A DNA stretch of 63,805 bases, filler included, from Octopus bimaculoides (GCF_001194135.2; 7 parts of 7 records of this genome joined end to end with filler, not necessarily neighbours in it); one strand, 5' to 3'; positions 27,190 to 40,823 are shown, counted from the first letter of the whole stretch. Numbers and translations are program-made. The notes: a model not told the origin generated them from the letters alone.

Positions 27190-27836
27190 ATTGCACTCGT
27201 ACAGTGCCCGAGTATTGCTGACTTATGGAGTTATGTCAAACAGCTGTTGCGTGTAGGATGGATGCAGCTATCAGCCGGCTCCATCGTGAAGATCTCCCCA
27301 CCACTCTCCTCAGGCCGAGAAGGACATAGTTTTTCTCTCTTTGGTGGCTAGAGCGAAAGCTGTGATATGGTGAACGAGACTAAAAAGATCTGAACACACT
27401 AACAAAAGATCTGAACTCTTCAGCCAAACGCTCTTTAATTTCATTCTTGTTTTTTATATTCCATTTAAAAAAAAAGGTGATGTTGGAGAGGGAGATACTG
27501 CCCCTCGTCCCGTCCCCAGTAAACTTGTTAAATGGTGGGTGAATGTAGCGGGAACGGCCTAAGNNNNNNNNNNCGGCCTAAGAATGCACCTGCTGGCTGA
27601 AAAGTACAGAAGAGAGAGAAGCACTTAGCATGGTAAACAGGGTGACTGAGGATATGTGGGGTTCTTTGGCTAGCCCTGGATAGCATTTCCCCACTATTAA
27701 CGAACTTAGTTCTTATAATTCTCTTGTTGGTATTGTTTTCCCGTTGCTTATACGTGTAAAATCCCTACTGTCCTTTGCCTTTGCATTGTCTTAAATGTCG
27801 CTTTTTTTTTGCAACCTTTGTGGCCAATAAAGAAAG
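27190..27836 (+). mobile_element. 5'-truncated Tx1-like LINE 3' end, same family as 20540-22008
   Basis: Clear nucleotide similarity to 21385-22005 (cagtgcccgagtattgctgacttatggagttatgtc...). Ends tttgtggccaataaagaaa. Confidence 0.7.
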
Positions 27837-27858
27837 TAGTATTACTAATATAATTATG

Positions 27859-28085
27859 AAGGCGGTGAGCTGGCAAAATCGTTAGCACGCCGGGCGAAAT
27901 GCTTAACGATATTTCGTCTGCCGCTATGTCGTTCTGTGTTCAAATTCCGCTGAGGTAGACTTTGCCTTTCATCCTTTCGGGATCGATTAAACAAGAACCA
28001 GTTACGCACTGGGTTCGATGTAATCGACTTACCCCCTCCCCCCAAATTTCAGGTCTTGTGCCTATAATAGAAAGGATTATTATTA

Positions 28086-28143
<58 letters not shown>

Positions 28144-28336
28144 GACAGTAGCTGACAGATTCGTCAGACTATCGGGAAGGTGACTTTGCAGTATTAGTTT
28201 CGGCCCTTTACGTCGTGAGTTCAAATTCTGCTGTGGTCAGCTTTACTTTTCGCTATAACAATATACCACTCAAGTACTGGGATTGATAGCATCGTCTCCC
28301 TCCTTCTAAATTGCTGGTCTTGCGCCTAACCCAGAA
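27859..28336 (+). mobile_element. SINE family A: full copy, (ATT)n, then an older degenerate copy
   Basis: Copies at 27859-28080 and 28142-28336. Confidence 0.8.
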
Positions 28337-29398
28337 GTATCGTAGTTGTTGCAGCTGCTGTTTATTAGAAGATCAATATGACTACCTCTGGAGTAGAGCG
28401 AGTCACAAAGTTAGTTGTCGCGAAAATGTTATGAAACAGATCCACTATAATCACAGGCAGTCAATAATTTGACAAGTAAAACCGTTAACTCACACAACAT
28501 TAACAGAAATACTACCAACGACAAAATCGACAGCAACTCATTTATTGTTAGTCGTGCAAACCAAAGAGAACCACTAAACGTTGATCAACTGTAGACAAAG
28601 AAATAAGGTAGGAAGTAAAGTGTTACAAAAAAGAATGCTTCGTTGCCCGAGGAATATATTTAGGAAAGGGCGAAGAGGAAGATGAAATAGTTATATTCTT
28701 CGTAAGAAGAATAAGTGGAAACAATGAGACATGGAAGAATACATTTCCTTTGAACCATGTAAGAAATATAGAAGCGAGTGTTTGGAGTACCTTAGCTTTA
28801 TGGTACTTCGAAATGACAACTCTAGCCTACTTAATGCTGACCCTAACAGAAGATAAGTCGAAAATGATACTACTTAAGGAGGAGATTGGGACAAATACAA
28901 GGCGACCACAGATGAGAGATGGTCGACAATTTATGTACTGCTAAGAGACCACGAGAGGTTGAAAATGCTCAAGACCAAGTTTCGAGCAGCCAGGTTATAG
29001 AATGTGGTCGGAATGGAAGTGGTCAGGATCGAGAGTTCTTCTGATCCTACACTGAAGGCAACGTCATGCTTTTATGTATTAATTTGTATTTGTTTTTATG
29101 CCCTTAATAAAGGCATACTTCGAATTAGGTCTTTTTTTTACTTTGTCGTTTTTCTTTTTGAGAAAGTAGTGGAAAAAATAAACCCTGGTTTCAGTCGATT
29201 TACCCGATTTTACATCCGTCTCAGTAAACATATTTAAAAGCATAATAAATTCTAAAAGAAAAGAAAAAACACCTAAATCCAATACTGAAATGGAGAATAA
29301 AATAAAATACATGTGAAAACATGTACAAACCATTTATTGAAACAGATATAAGCTCATGAAAGTTTAAAAGTGTATTTTTGTGTTACATCGTTTTTCAG

Positions 29399-29431
29399 GT
29401 TAAGTCGTATGTCCGAGAACCAATTGTCAAC
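29399..29431 (+). other. Candidate 33-nt upstream exon of the Rab gene
   Basis: tttttcag acceptor, 33 nt, then GTAAGT donor. ATG at 29409 (MSENQLS+AC) would splice in frame to G55731+ATG. Sequence pattern only. Confidence 0.25.
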
Positions 29432-29454
29432 GTAAGTTGAGGTACGCTTATATA

Positions 29455-29672
29455 TTGGTTTCAAATTTTTGATACAAGGCTAGCAATTCTGGGGAAGAGG
29501 ATAAATCAATTACATCAACCCGAATGATGAACTGGTACTTATTTTATCGACCCCGAAAGGATGAAAGGCAAAGCTGATCTCAGGGGAATTTGAATTCAGA
29601 AATTAAAGATGGACGAAATGCTGCTAAGCCTTTTACCCGGCTTGGTAACGACTCTGCTAACTCACAACCCTA
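29455..29672 (-). mobile_element. SINE family A
   Basis: ttatcgaccccgaaaggatgaaaggcaaag body. Confidence 0.75.
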
Positions 29673-29728
29673 GGAACGCCTGTCTATTAATCTAGGTTTT
29701 ACTTTCTATTATCACCCGTTTATTATAC

Positions 29729-30278
29729 ACTAGCTTAAAAGCCATACTCCGTGCGGACTTTTAAGCTAACTCCTGCAGAGGGCTAACTAGGTCTGCGGCC
29801 CCAAACTAAATGAAGTTAGTTAGTATGATTATAATACGTCTATAATGACTATATGCCCCGGTGGTGTTTGATCAGAGGTTATGGACAGATGAGAATTAAT
29901 TATGTAATGCAATCATTCTATTGTTCCAATCACAAATTGAATTCCTACTGTTGTCCAATTTGTCCCAAAGTTTTTATCTCAACTTAAATTAACGAAGTGA
30001 ATGTCATTTATTTCCCCCTTGATCTTTGACGTCATCTGACAAACACCAACCAATATGGCGTGAGTCAGCCAAGCTTTACCTACTACAAAAATAGCAACCC
30101 AACTGCTTCTAAATCAGATCCTAGTGCTGGATGTTCAAGAAGCAAATGAAGGGCAGATTTTCAAACCCGGGATCATCCTGATTCCAAAAAGGTATAATAT
30201 TTCTATGTAGAGTAAATGTAGACTGAGATACTGGCGTCCTGGGTGGACAGATAGAATTTCGCTTTTATTAATATAGAT
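29729..30278. mobile_element. Possible non-autonomous Helitron/Helentron-like element
   Basis: Starts actagc with an 11-bp inverted repeat tagcttaaaag/cttttaagcta (29731-29768). Ends gcttttattaatatagat. End-motif resemblance only. Confidence 0.3.
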
Positions 30279-30374
30279 GTGTACATCCATATGTTCCGTT
30301 ACTCCTTTGGGTGATACGTTTTATATTGTACGTATAGATCTTTGTGATTAATAAAGAAACAATATTATTAACTG

Positions 30375-30832
30375 CTGGGAGTGTGACAAGATGGATGGGC
30401 TGTTAGCACGCCGGGCAAAATGCTTTGTGGCATTTCATCCGTCTGTACGTTCCGAGTTCAAATTTTGCTGAAGTCGACTTTACCTTTCATCCTTTCTGGA
30501 TCGATAAAATAAATACCAGTTACGCACTGAGATCGATGTAATCGACTAGACCCTCCCCCAAAGTTTCAGGCCTTGTGCCTATAATAGATAGGATTATTAA
30601 CTGTTTGGAGGGCGGAAAGCTGGCGAAAATTTTAGCACACAGGACAAAAGGTTTAGCGGCATTTCTTCCGTCTTCACGTTCTGCGATAAAATTCTGCCGA
30701 GGTCGACTTCACCTTTCATCCTTTCGGGGCCGATAAAATATGTACCAGTTGAGCACTAGGGTCGATGTAAACAACTTTAACCCTTCCCCTGAAATCGCTG
30801 GTCTTGTGCCAAAATCTGAAACCAACTATTAA
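30375..30832 (+). mobile_element. SINE family A, two tandem copies with different tails
   Basis: Copies at 30375-30600 and 30605-30832. Confidence 0.8.
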
Positions 30833-30851
30833 CTGCTTGGATTGTTCAGAG

Positions 30852-31150
30852 CAGGGGTCACCAAACTACGGCCCGCGAGCCGGATCCGGCCCGCGAAGTC
30901 AGTTCATCCGGTCCACCACCGCTCTATACCTTTTATGTAAGTACCTGCATTTGCCTCTAGTATGGCATCAGTGTATGGAACAACTTATGTCTGTGAGCAA
31001 ACATTTTCAAAAATGAAGAATGTGAAGTCAGCACATCGAACGGGGTAGACTGAGGAACATTTAAAAACAATTCTCTTGGTTGGATGTAGTAATTCCAAAG
31101 CAAATATTGATATCTTAAAAGCTAAACACCAGTTTCACAGATCTCACTAA
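30852..31150 (+). mobile_element. hAT (Charlie-type) deletion derivative: left TIR plus transposase C-terminal dimerisation domain
   Basis: caggggtcaccaaactacggcccgcgagccggatccggccc terminus, then YGTTYVCEQTFSKMKNVKS..R...TEEHL...QFHRSH*. Confidence 0.75.
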
Positions 31151-31265
31151 CCCTTTTTGCTGCTCAGTTTGTGAGAGTCGGATTTGTGCGCACTGGGCGT
31201 GATGTAACTATCTTATTGCTAACGTCTCCTTTAATAACTGGTAAATAAAAATGTTGGTTGTGTTT

Positions 31266-31414
31266 ATTACCTCCGCCTTCGCTAAGGCGAAGGTACTGTT
31301 TTCAGTTGTGCTTGTTTGTCCGTGGACAAGCTATCTCAAGAACCGCTGAATGGATTCGGATGAAACTTTCAGGGATGTTTGCCCTCGTGGCTGGCACGAA
31401 CTGATAAGATTCTG
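31266..31414 (+). mobile_element. Helentron/HINE-like repeat 5' end, cut by an assembly gap
   Basis: ttattacctccgcc start with hairpin ccttcgc/gcgaagg, then gtttgtccgt...ggattcggatgaaactt. Confidence 0.4.
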
Positions 31415-32546
31415 NNNNNNNNNNNNNNNNNNNNNNNNNNNNNNNNNNNNNNNNNNNNNNNNNNNNNNNNNNNNNNNNNNNNNNNNNNNNNNNNNNNNNN
31501 NNNNNNNNNNNNNNNNNNNNNNNNNNNNNNNNNNNNNNNNNNNNNNNNNNNNNNNNNNNNNNNNNNNNNNNNNNNNNNNNNNNNNNNNNNNNNNNNNNNN
31601 NNNNNNNNNNNNNNNNNNNNNNNNNNNNNNNNNNNNNNNNNNNNNNNNNNNNNNNNNNNNNNNNNNNNNNNNNNNNNNNNNNNNNNNNNNNNNNNNNNNN
31701 NNNNNNNNNNNNNNNNNNNNNNNNNNNNNNNNNNNNNNNNNNNNNNNNNNNNNNNNNNNNNNNNNNNNNNNNNNNNNNNNNNNNNNNNNNNNNNNNNNNN
31801 NNNNNNNNNNNNNNNNNNNNNNNNNNNNNNNNNNNNNNNNNNNNNNNNNNNNNNNNNNNNNNNNNNNNNNNNNNNNNNNNNNNNNNNNNNNNNNNNNNNN
31901 NNNNNNNNNNNNNNNNNNNNNNNNNNNNNNNNNNNNNNNNNNNNNNNNNNNNNNNNNNNNNNNNNNNNNNNNNNNNNNNNNNNNNNNNNNNNNNNNNNNN
32001 NNNNNNNNNNNNNNNNNNNNNNNNAAGAGAAGGAGGGGAGGAAAAGGAGGGAAGAGTAGCATGGGTAGCAGTAGTTGTCGTTGCTGTTGTTGTTATTGTT
32101 GTTCGTAAAGGCATATACGAAATTGTTGAATTAGAGCTGGTTACATTCTAACAAAGAAAAAAATGACAGTCATTCTGGCTCGCTCTCTCTCTTTCTCTCC
32201 CTCTCCTCCTCTCTCTCACTATCTCTCTCTCTCTCTCTCTTTCGCTTCTTTCTCTTTCTACCCCTTTGCCTCTCTTCACCCTATATATCCTCCTCAGCTG
32301 TTTCCTTATCCTCCTTTCCTTTTCACCTTCTTTTTCCTCCTTTCCCCCCTCTTATAACATTTTCTACACCAATCGCTCTTTTGTTCCCTGCATTTTCACC
32401 TGGCTTCCCTTCAAACCTGAAATTTTACACTCCTGAGTGGAATGTCAAAGTAACTGTTCAACCTAATACAGACGCGCGTGTATGTAAGCGTGCGGATTTA
32501 TATACACAAGCACACGCACGCCGACCGTAAGCAAGAAGACTCGCGC

Positions 32547-32589
<43 letters not shown>

Positions 32590-32774
32590 TTTACACACAT
32601 ACATGCATAGATACATACATACACACATACACATATAAATGCGCATGTAAGCTAGTTACTAGTGAAACACGGAAACAAAGAAAGGAATATGTAGGAACAT
32701 ACACACGCACATATATGTATGAATGTATATGTATGTATGTTTGTATGTATATATGTATGTACGTATTATACACA

Positions 32775-32778
<4 letters not shown>

Positions 32779-32868
<90 letters not shown>
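32779..32868. repeat. (TA)n microsatellite
   Basis: Read directly from the sequence. Confidence 0.95.
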
Positions 32869-32869
<1 letters not shown>

Positions 32870-33121
32870 GTATATATACACTAATATATAAAGCCATACA
32901 TGCTCACACACACACATACACTCACACACTCATATATATGTGTATATATGTGTGTATATATATATATGTGCGTGTGTGTGTTTGTGTATGTGTGTGTGCA
33001 CCTATATAGACACACATATATACACACACACTCATATTTTCACGAGCACATACATATGTATATATATATGAGTATGCATGTCGTATATATTTACATGTTT
33101 GTATATGTATCTCTATATGTT

Positions 33122-33159
<38 letters not shown>

Positions 33160-33849
33160 NNNNNNNNNNNNNNNNNNNNNNNNNNNNNNNNNNNNNNNNN
33201 NNNTTAATTAATTAANNNNNNNNNNNNNNNNNNNNNNNNNNNNNNNNNNNNNNNNNNNNTTCAATAGAAAGGAACAGAAATAAACAGAGAGAGAAAATAA
33301 AAAAAAGGTTTAGTGACAGCGATTGATCATGTATATATATCTTTACTACTATGCAAAATTGTCGTAAGTCCAAAACATTGCTTTTTTCTGAAAACGAAAA
33401 AATAGTTTCACCATTCTATAGTAAACCTGTTGTACTAAACTTTGAGAATTTTTGATATCTGACGCAGCTGAAGATACCGTAGTTCGACCAAAAGAACCGG
33501 CTATTGCAAGCTAAAATAAATATTGAAAAGAAAAAATCACATTTGCCCAAATTTGGACATATGACAGTTTAACATAATAGCTACGTGATACGTATATAAA
33601 TATATATATATTCTCGAAGGAATTCCAACTCTGTCTGTTTTTTATGTTTTATTCTTATAATATTAATGTAGGATATAGAATATATAGTATATATAGTAAA
33701 ATGAAATGAAGTATTGATTGTCTTATTGAATAAATGAAATATTGAATAACAAATATTAAAGGAGTCGTATACTTTCTTGCATTTAAGCAGTCTTCAAGGT
33801 CCCAGGTTGTGACAGGAATGTTTTAACCCATATATATATCGGGATGGCC

Positions 33850-34680
33850 AGATTGGAGCAGTCTCCAGTATAACCAGCCGAAACTTCAAAAATAATCTGG
33901 CATTGGACTAACGAAAGAAAACTCCGAATGACCCGTCCTTATTTTTCTTGTCCCTTTTTGCATCATCTAATTATTTGGATGTTTTGCGTTCTTGTCCTAT
34001 TTTTTTGTATTCTTTTTTTATATACATACAGCGGCGTAGTACACTTTGGTCTCTTATATGTAAGTATATATATATATATATATATATATAAATTTTGTAC
34101 AACTCTGATTCTTTCATTACTTCTTTCTTTCTATCAGCCCCTTCACACTTACTTCGTTCTTTTCACTCTTCTTTCTTTCGCTCCCCCCTCTTTCACATTT
34201 CCTGGCCTTCCTTTCATTTTCACCTTCCCTCCTCTTTCACTTCACTTTGTACCTTTTCTTTTTTCTCGTCCCTCCCTTATTCTTCTATCCCTCTGCCTCT
34301 ACCTCTCTCCTCTCTCTCCACGTGACCGATGTTCGGCCAAGCCCGACCTTTCTTTCTTAGTTCGACTACCATCTGTGCGACATCTATATTCCTCCCTGTG
34401 CCTGTCAAATCTTATGTCCCTGCCGTAAGGCTTCACTTCCACACACGTCAGCTTCATTTAATTCGTCCTTAGATTGGATAAGTCTCAAGTTTAACCAGCC
34501 GAAACTGCAAAGATAATCGGGAACTCGACTGACGAAAGAAAACTCCGAATGACCCATCCTTGTTTTTTTCTTGTCCTCTTTTGTATCGTCTAACTGTGTA
34601 GGGGTTTTGTTATCCCTTTTTTGCATCATCTAACTATATGGATGTTTTGTGTTCTTATCCCAATTTTTTGTATTCTTTAT
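33850..34680 (+). repeat. Two copies of one repeat (33850-34020 and 34480-34680), PLE 3' UTR-like
   Basis: taaccagccgaaact...gaaagaaaactccgaatgaccc...ggatgttttg in both copies. Confidence 0.7.
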
Positions 34681-34700
34681 ATATATATATATATATATAT

Positions 34701-34865
34701 ACGATGGGCTTTTTTCAGTTTCCGTCTACCAAATCCACTCACAGGACTATGGTCGGCCGGAGGCTATGTTAGAAGATACTTGCCCATTGTGTCACGCAGT
34801 GGGACTGAACCCGGAAACCTGTGGTTGGGAAGCAAGTTTCTTATCACACAACCACGCTTACGTCT
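34701..34865 (-). mobile_element. SINE family B, 5' half
   Basis: ttcagtttccgtctaccaaatccactcac...gtgggactgaaccc. Confidence 0.8.
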
Positions 34866-35171
34866 GTGTGTGTGTGTGTATGTGCGCGCTTACACACACA
34901 CACACATATATATATATGAAAGATATTGAAATATCTATGTGAGAAATGCTATGTGAGAGAACAATAAAAGAATGTAAGCGCCTCCCTTCTATACGTTCGT
35001 TTGATGTGCAGAAAAAGAGAGATTTCTCCTAACAGATTCCTACTCACTAGAGTAAAACATTCAATTCCAAAAGAAAGCAGTCATAAATTTGGCTGTTACA
35101 GTAGTGTAATGGACTTCTCTTTTTTGCATACTTTTGCTTTTGACAACAAAAAGGAGTTATATGTGTATATG

Positions 35172-35202
<31 letters not shown>

Positions 35203-35446
35203 CGTTCATAACAGAACTGAGTTTATAAATTCTTAGAAAGTGAAATGAAGTTGTGGGAGGTAGGTTCATCATTCATTAATAGATCATAGATCGTAAGGTC
35301 ACCACATTGTTGAAAGCTTATAAAGGATGATACATTGAGCTTATGGAAGTTTATGAATAACAGCCAACGAAACCGTTAGGTCTACTTTAAATACCTACCA
35401 AATCACACGTGAAAGACTATAGGGTACCCTCTTCCAGAAATATACA

Positions 35447-35478
<32 letters not shown>

Positions 35479-36803
35479 TGTGTGTGTGTGTGTGTATGTG
35501 TGTGTGTGTGTAATAATTTTACTTTCTATATATTCTGCTAACAGCTGTTAACACTAATCTAATGACCCCTGCTCCTCGGATCTAAGTGGTCTTGTACCCC
35601 CATCACTCGGGTAACCTCATCTCTCTCGTCTGTGGCACCATCTACACCGTGCTCGCACTAACCATTATGCCCAATCCTTCATCATCAGAATATTTACCCC
35701 CTAGAATCCCCTTCCCGCTGGTCTTTCCTCCAAGTGTTGACCTATAGCAGTTTAAACAGAACATTAACAGCATCAATCTCAGTCATGGGCGCTGTCCCTC
35801 CCTCCACATTTAGCAAGTGAACAAACAATAATCAATGATTAAACAGGAACATCTGATCTGCTTAACCACAGTTCATCTGGTGCCAAACAACATCAACACA
35901 TAACAAATCAACAACATGTTTCCTACACTATCATTGATCAGCTAAAAATAGCAGCTAAATCTTCTTCAAATCATACTTCAAAGGGAAGATTGTAACTTGG
36001 TTAACAGAGTCTCGTAAGATGAGATTTTTAATTAAAAAATGAGATGAGTGGATCAATAAACGCATCAATGGAAGCGTAAACAAGTAAGAAATAAACTATT
36101 TTTAATTATATAAAGTAAAGATAGGCAACACAGCACACATGTGTTGAACATCTGAAGAAGAACTTTTCCCTGTCTGAAACTTTAGCCTAATTACACAATT
36201 ACACAGTAAACTTTGGCATGCGTGTTGTTAGGTTCATTTAATTATTTGTATGTATGTATGTACAGACATTGTGTGTTTGTGTGTGTGTGTGTATGTGTGT
36301 GTGTGTGTGTGTGTCTGTGTGTGTGTGTAGAAAGAAAAGAAAAGTTGAAAATAAACTTAGAGTCTTTATAAAGATTTATTCACACTTACTTAACCGGTTT
36401 CACAGTCGTGACAAATATGACATGGCTCCAGGTCCTTACGTATCACATTACTTTTGTAAATCATGATATTGTCTACTAGGTTAATATTAATAAATCACGT
36501 CAAAAACTAAGTGCAGTTTCAGATTTTATTTTTCACACTTTTTATTTTTTGCACTTCGTGTAAAAAGAATATTTTTATATACTTCTTGTGAAAAAATATT
36601 TTCCTAAAACATGTGAGGTTCGTGTGTGCGTGTAATTAAGTTCGATGAAACTCCATGTCACAGCAACACATCTGTTTTAAATATTATACTTAAATTTCCT
36701 GTCTTAAGTCAATGAGCGCTGCTTTTAGATATAAAAAAAAACACACATTATATATGTACCTGTATGGTTGTGCGTGTGTGTATGTTTGTGTGCGTGTAAT
36801 TCT

Positions 36804-36907
36804 TATACAAGAATGTTGTTAACAGTGACTTCGAAGTTTCGGCCAGTTTCGACAATGGCTTAAGCTGGCCGAAACTTTAAAGTCACTGTCAACAATATTC
36901 TTATATA
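36804..36907. repeat. Inverted repeat with 46-bp arms and a 12-nt loop
   Basis: tatacaagaatgttgttaacagtgacttcgaagtttcggccagttt versus aagctggccgaaactttaaagtcactgtcaacaatattcttatata. Confidence 0.85.
36851..36889 (+). ncRNA. 3' half of a hammerhead motif inside a hairpin
   Basis: ggc..gcc GAAAC TTTAAA GTC actgt. 10-nt palindrome ACTTTAAAGT and GUC triplet; the CUGA half is truncated. Confidence 0.4.
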
Positions 36908-37205
36908 TGACTATTAAATTTTTACTCTACAATGGTACAGAGTAACCCGCCAGCTTAATGTAAAACTGTTTTTATTATAACTGAACATAAAAACAAATAC
37001 TAATATAGTATATAATCTATATAAGGAAAGTTTACAAAATGTGAACAACGTAAATTACTGTGTGGAGTAGAAAGTCTAGTATTTCTTGTTGTTCTGCGAA
37101 AGGACAGTAAACTGTAGGCAGAAGAATGCGTGGAAATTGTTTTTTTGGTTGATGATATTTTTTACGAACTCTGCATGCCTGTATATATGTTCACACATAC
37201 ATTTC

Positions 37206-37206
<1 letters not shown>

Positions 37207-37270
<64 letters not shown>

Positions 37271-37291
37271 AAGATAGATAGATAGATAGAT
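37207..37291. repeat. (GATA)n microsatellite
   Basis: Read directly from the sequence. Confidence 0.95.
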
Positions 37292-37823
37292 GCCCAGTGG
37301 TATTGAACCACCGATCAGGTCACAGTTGATTGAATGATTTTGGAAACTTCATGAAATTAATTTAAATTGAATTTTAACAGCGCTTCTACGGCGTTGATGT
37401 TTGTTGTGTCTGTGTGTGCGTGTAATTATTGTTATTTTGGAGTTTTAAAACATTTACAGAACATTTACCCGTAGTAGTGACTCGATATACACATACACAC
37501 CACGTATGTACGTATATATGTGTGTATACGTGTGAGTGTGTATATATATAATTAAATTACATATATTCAGCTATTTACGACAGATCTAAGAACGATATTC
37601 AATAAATAATAGTGCATTAATTAATATTGTCTAATAAATCATATTGATTTGTGTGCAAACTGTGTGAGATGCCACTGACTAAACTCAAATATAGTTAAGC
37701 ATAATAGTCCTACTTCAATTAATAATAATTATATTGTTAGTATGAAATTAATTAAAAAAAACAAATTCATAAACAATACAAAAATCTAAACATTTATTAT
37801 TATTATTATCAATATTATTAATA

Positions 37824-37899
<76 letters not shown>

Positions 37900-38409
37900 C
37901 ATTATTATCACTACCACTACTACATGTCGTTTCTGTCATTTCTGCTTCAAATATTTTGCGGTGTTTTATTTATTTTTTACACACAACCCATTTTTCACGG
38001 ACATTGTACAATATATGACAGGTGTAAATTTTTTTTTATACGAAGAATATAGAGCAATCTTTGGTAATAGAAGAAACAAAATTTAAAACATGAGAATAAA
38101 AAAATGTAAAGCAATCTTTCGACCTACCTTGGGATAACATTGTCAATGCAATGAGGATGATCAGGAAACAAAGTATCGAACTATTTGCAGCCTTCATTGT
38201 TTATGTTTTTTGTTTGTTGTGGAGTTTTAGTTCGCCAAGTGCTTTTGCGTTAGTCAGCAGTATAAATAGATATACATATACATATATGTATGTATCTAAA
38301 TATATATATAGAGAGAGAGAAAGATAGATAAGTAGATAAATATATATAGATGTAGATATGTATATATTATATATTTATTTACATATATGTATTAATATAA
38401 ACGTTATAG

Positions 38410-38452
<43 letters not shown>

Positions 38453-40142
38453 ACGCTATCTACAAACTTGGCGTTATTCTTTCTGAAGGACAGAAATAGC
38501 CTTTGTAGTTTGAAGTTGGCTCGGCTGCTTTTGCTTAGCTCGACTTGTATGTATAGAGGCAGGTATCAGCTGTATCCAAGTGGATCGGTAACTCGCCTGA
38601 CGTACTCTCACTCCCACATTCACCATTCAAACACCCACTAGTTCCTTCTTAACGCCTGGTCAAAATTGTTTGGGGCGTAACACGAAGATATACGGCTACG
38701 TTAGAGAATCTATTTGATATGGGCAATTCGCTTTTAGTTATATAATTATAATTATTCTTCTCTCCTCCTTAATGACGTACATATCGCCTATACAATATCT
38801 TTCTCAATAGTTTTCATATACGCGCGCGCGTGTGTGTGTGTATTTTCTGGTTAATTAGTTCAATTGGTTAATTAGGACATGAAAAAAGTTTGGTTCCTTT
38901 TATTTTTTCAAATACATTCTTTTAAAAATACTTCCCCCCTCTTTTTTTTGTTAATATTTAGGGACAGCTACCAAATAAATGTAGTATCACGATTAATAAT
39001 CACTTTATGAAGAACACGAAAGAAATGGTTAACAGGAAGATTTTGTGAATTAAATTCCAATACAACATTCTTACACTTTAAATAATTCTGGATATTACAT
39101 CAGACAAGTTTTTAGTAGTTGTCGATTATTGCAGTATTTGTTTTTTGGCAGCACTTTTTAGCTTTGTTTTTTAATTTCCCAAAGTTATGGGTGATTTTTT
39201 TTTTTTTTTTTTGTTTAATCGAAGTACATACACACATACACTCACATAATACGTGTGTGTGTGTCTGTGTGTTTTAATTGCCCGAATATTGAATTAAATT
39301 TTTTTTTTCTATTCAAAGATATATTTTTAGTAATATGAAGAAATTTATATATACGAGGGAAAATAAAAACAAAACATTTAGTATACCAATCTCATGTAAC
39401 TACCATAGATAGATAGATAGATAGATTGATAGTTATTCAGATGACAGGAGGAACAGATGGGTGGACAGANNNNNNNNNNNNNNNNNNNNNNNNNNNNNNN
39501 NNNNNNNNNNNNNNNNNNNNNNNNNNNNNNNNNNNNNNNNNNNNNNNNNNNNNNNNNNNNNNNNNNNNNNNNNNNNNNNNNNNNNNNNNNNNNNNNNNNN
39601 NNNNNNNNNNNNNNNNNNNNNNNNNNNNNNNNNNNNNNNNNNNNNNNNNNNNNNNNNNNNNNNNNNNNNNNNNNNNNNNNNNNNNNNNNNNNNNNNNNNN
39701 NNNNNNNNNNNNNNNNNNNNNNNNNNNNNNNNNNNNNNNNNNNNNNNNNNNNNNNNNNNNNNNNNNNNNNNNNNNNNNNNNNNNNNNNNNNNNNNNNNNN
39801 NNNNNNNNNNNNNNNNNNNNNNNNNNNNNNNNNNNNNNNNNNNNNNNNNNNNNNNNNNNNNNNNNNNNNNNNNNNNNNNNNNNNNNNNNNNNNNNNNNNN
39901 NNNNNNNNNNNNNNNNNNNNNNNNNNNNNNNNNNNNNNNNNNNNNNNNNNNNNNNNNNNNNCTCTCTCTCTCTCTTTCTCTCTTTTCATCAGTTTATTTC
40001 CTCACTTTCTCTTTCATTTTTTAACGTTATTTTATCACTTTGACGTTCGAGAGGGTTTTCTGCAACCTACCCCACCACTACACACACACACACACACACA
40101 CACACACCGTTAGCCCATTTCTTTTCATGTTTCTTTGATACA

Positions 40143-40184
<42 letters not shown>

Positions 40185-40823
40185 AGAACAGTGTACTCAC
40201 CACAACCTTACCGCCACCATCACCACACATCATAACAGCCATACCACCACCATCACCACTACCATCACCATCATCTCCACAATCACTATACAATCATCAT
40301 CATTGTGGACCCACTGCCACCATCACCACAACCAACTTCACCTTTACTAGGAGCCAATAAGTATACCCTTACGTAGTCACTCGACATGCTAGAAATAGCA
40401 GCCATGTCTCCTTTAAATCAGGCCCTAATCTCTTGAAAGGCTTTGTATAATTTGGTTTTCAGTTACCTACACCTAAAAAAGAAGTAGGTCACGAATGGCG
40501 TGCCTTTGACCAGAGCTGAACTTGAATCAAAGAACACCAACAGCAACAACTAATACATTCTTTCACAACTATCAACAATATAACATATACGTACATATTT
40601 GTATATATACCTATATTTATTAATGTGTGTATACACTCACATATACACCCACACTCACACACCCACACACACACACATACATATAGAGAGAGGGAGAGAG
40701 GGAGTGGTCGGGCTAAATGTAACAGTTTGCATAAAAGGGAAAGAAAAAACAATATGCCATGCAAAAATTAATGTTTTAAAATATCAATAAGTATCATCTA
40801 GGTTATGGCTGGGAGATAACAGT

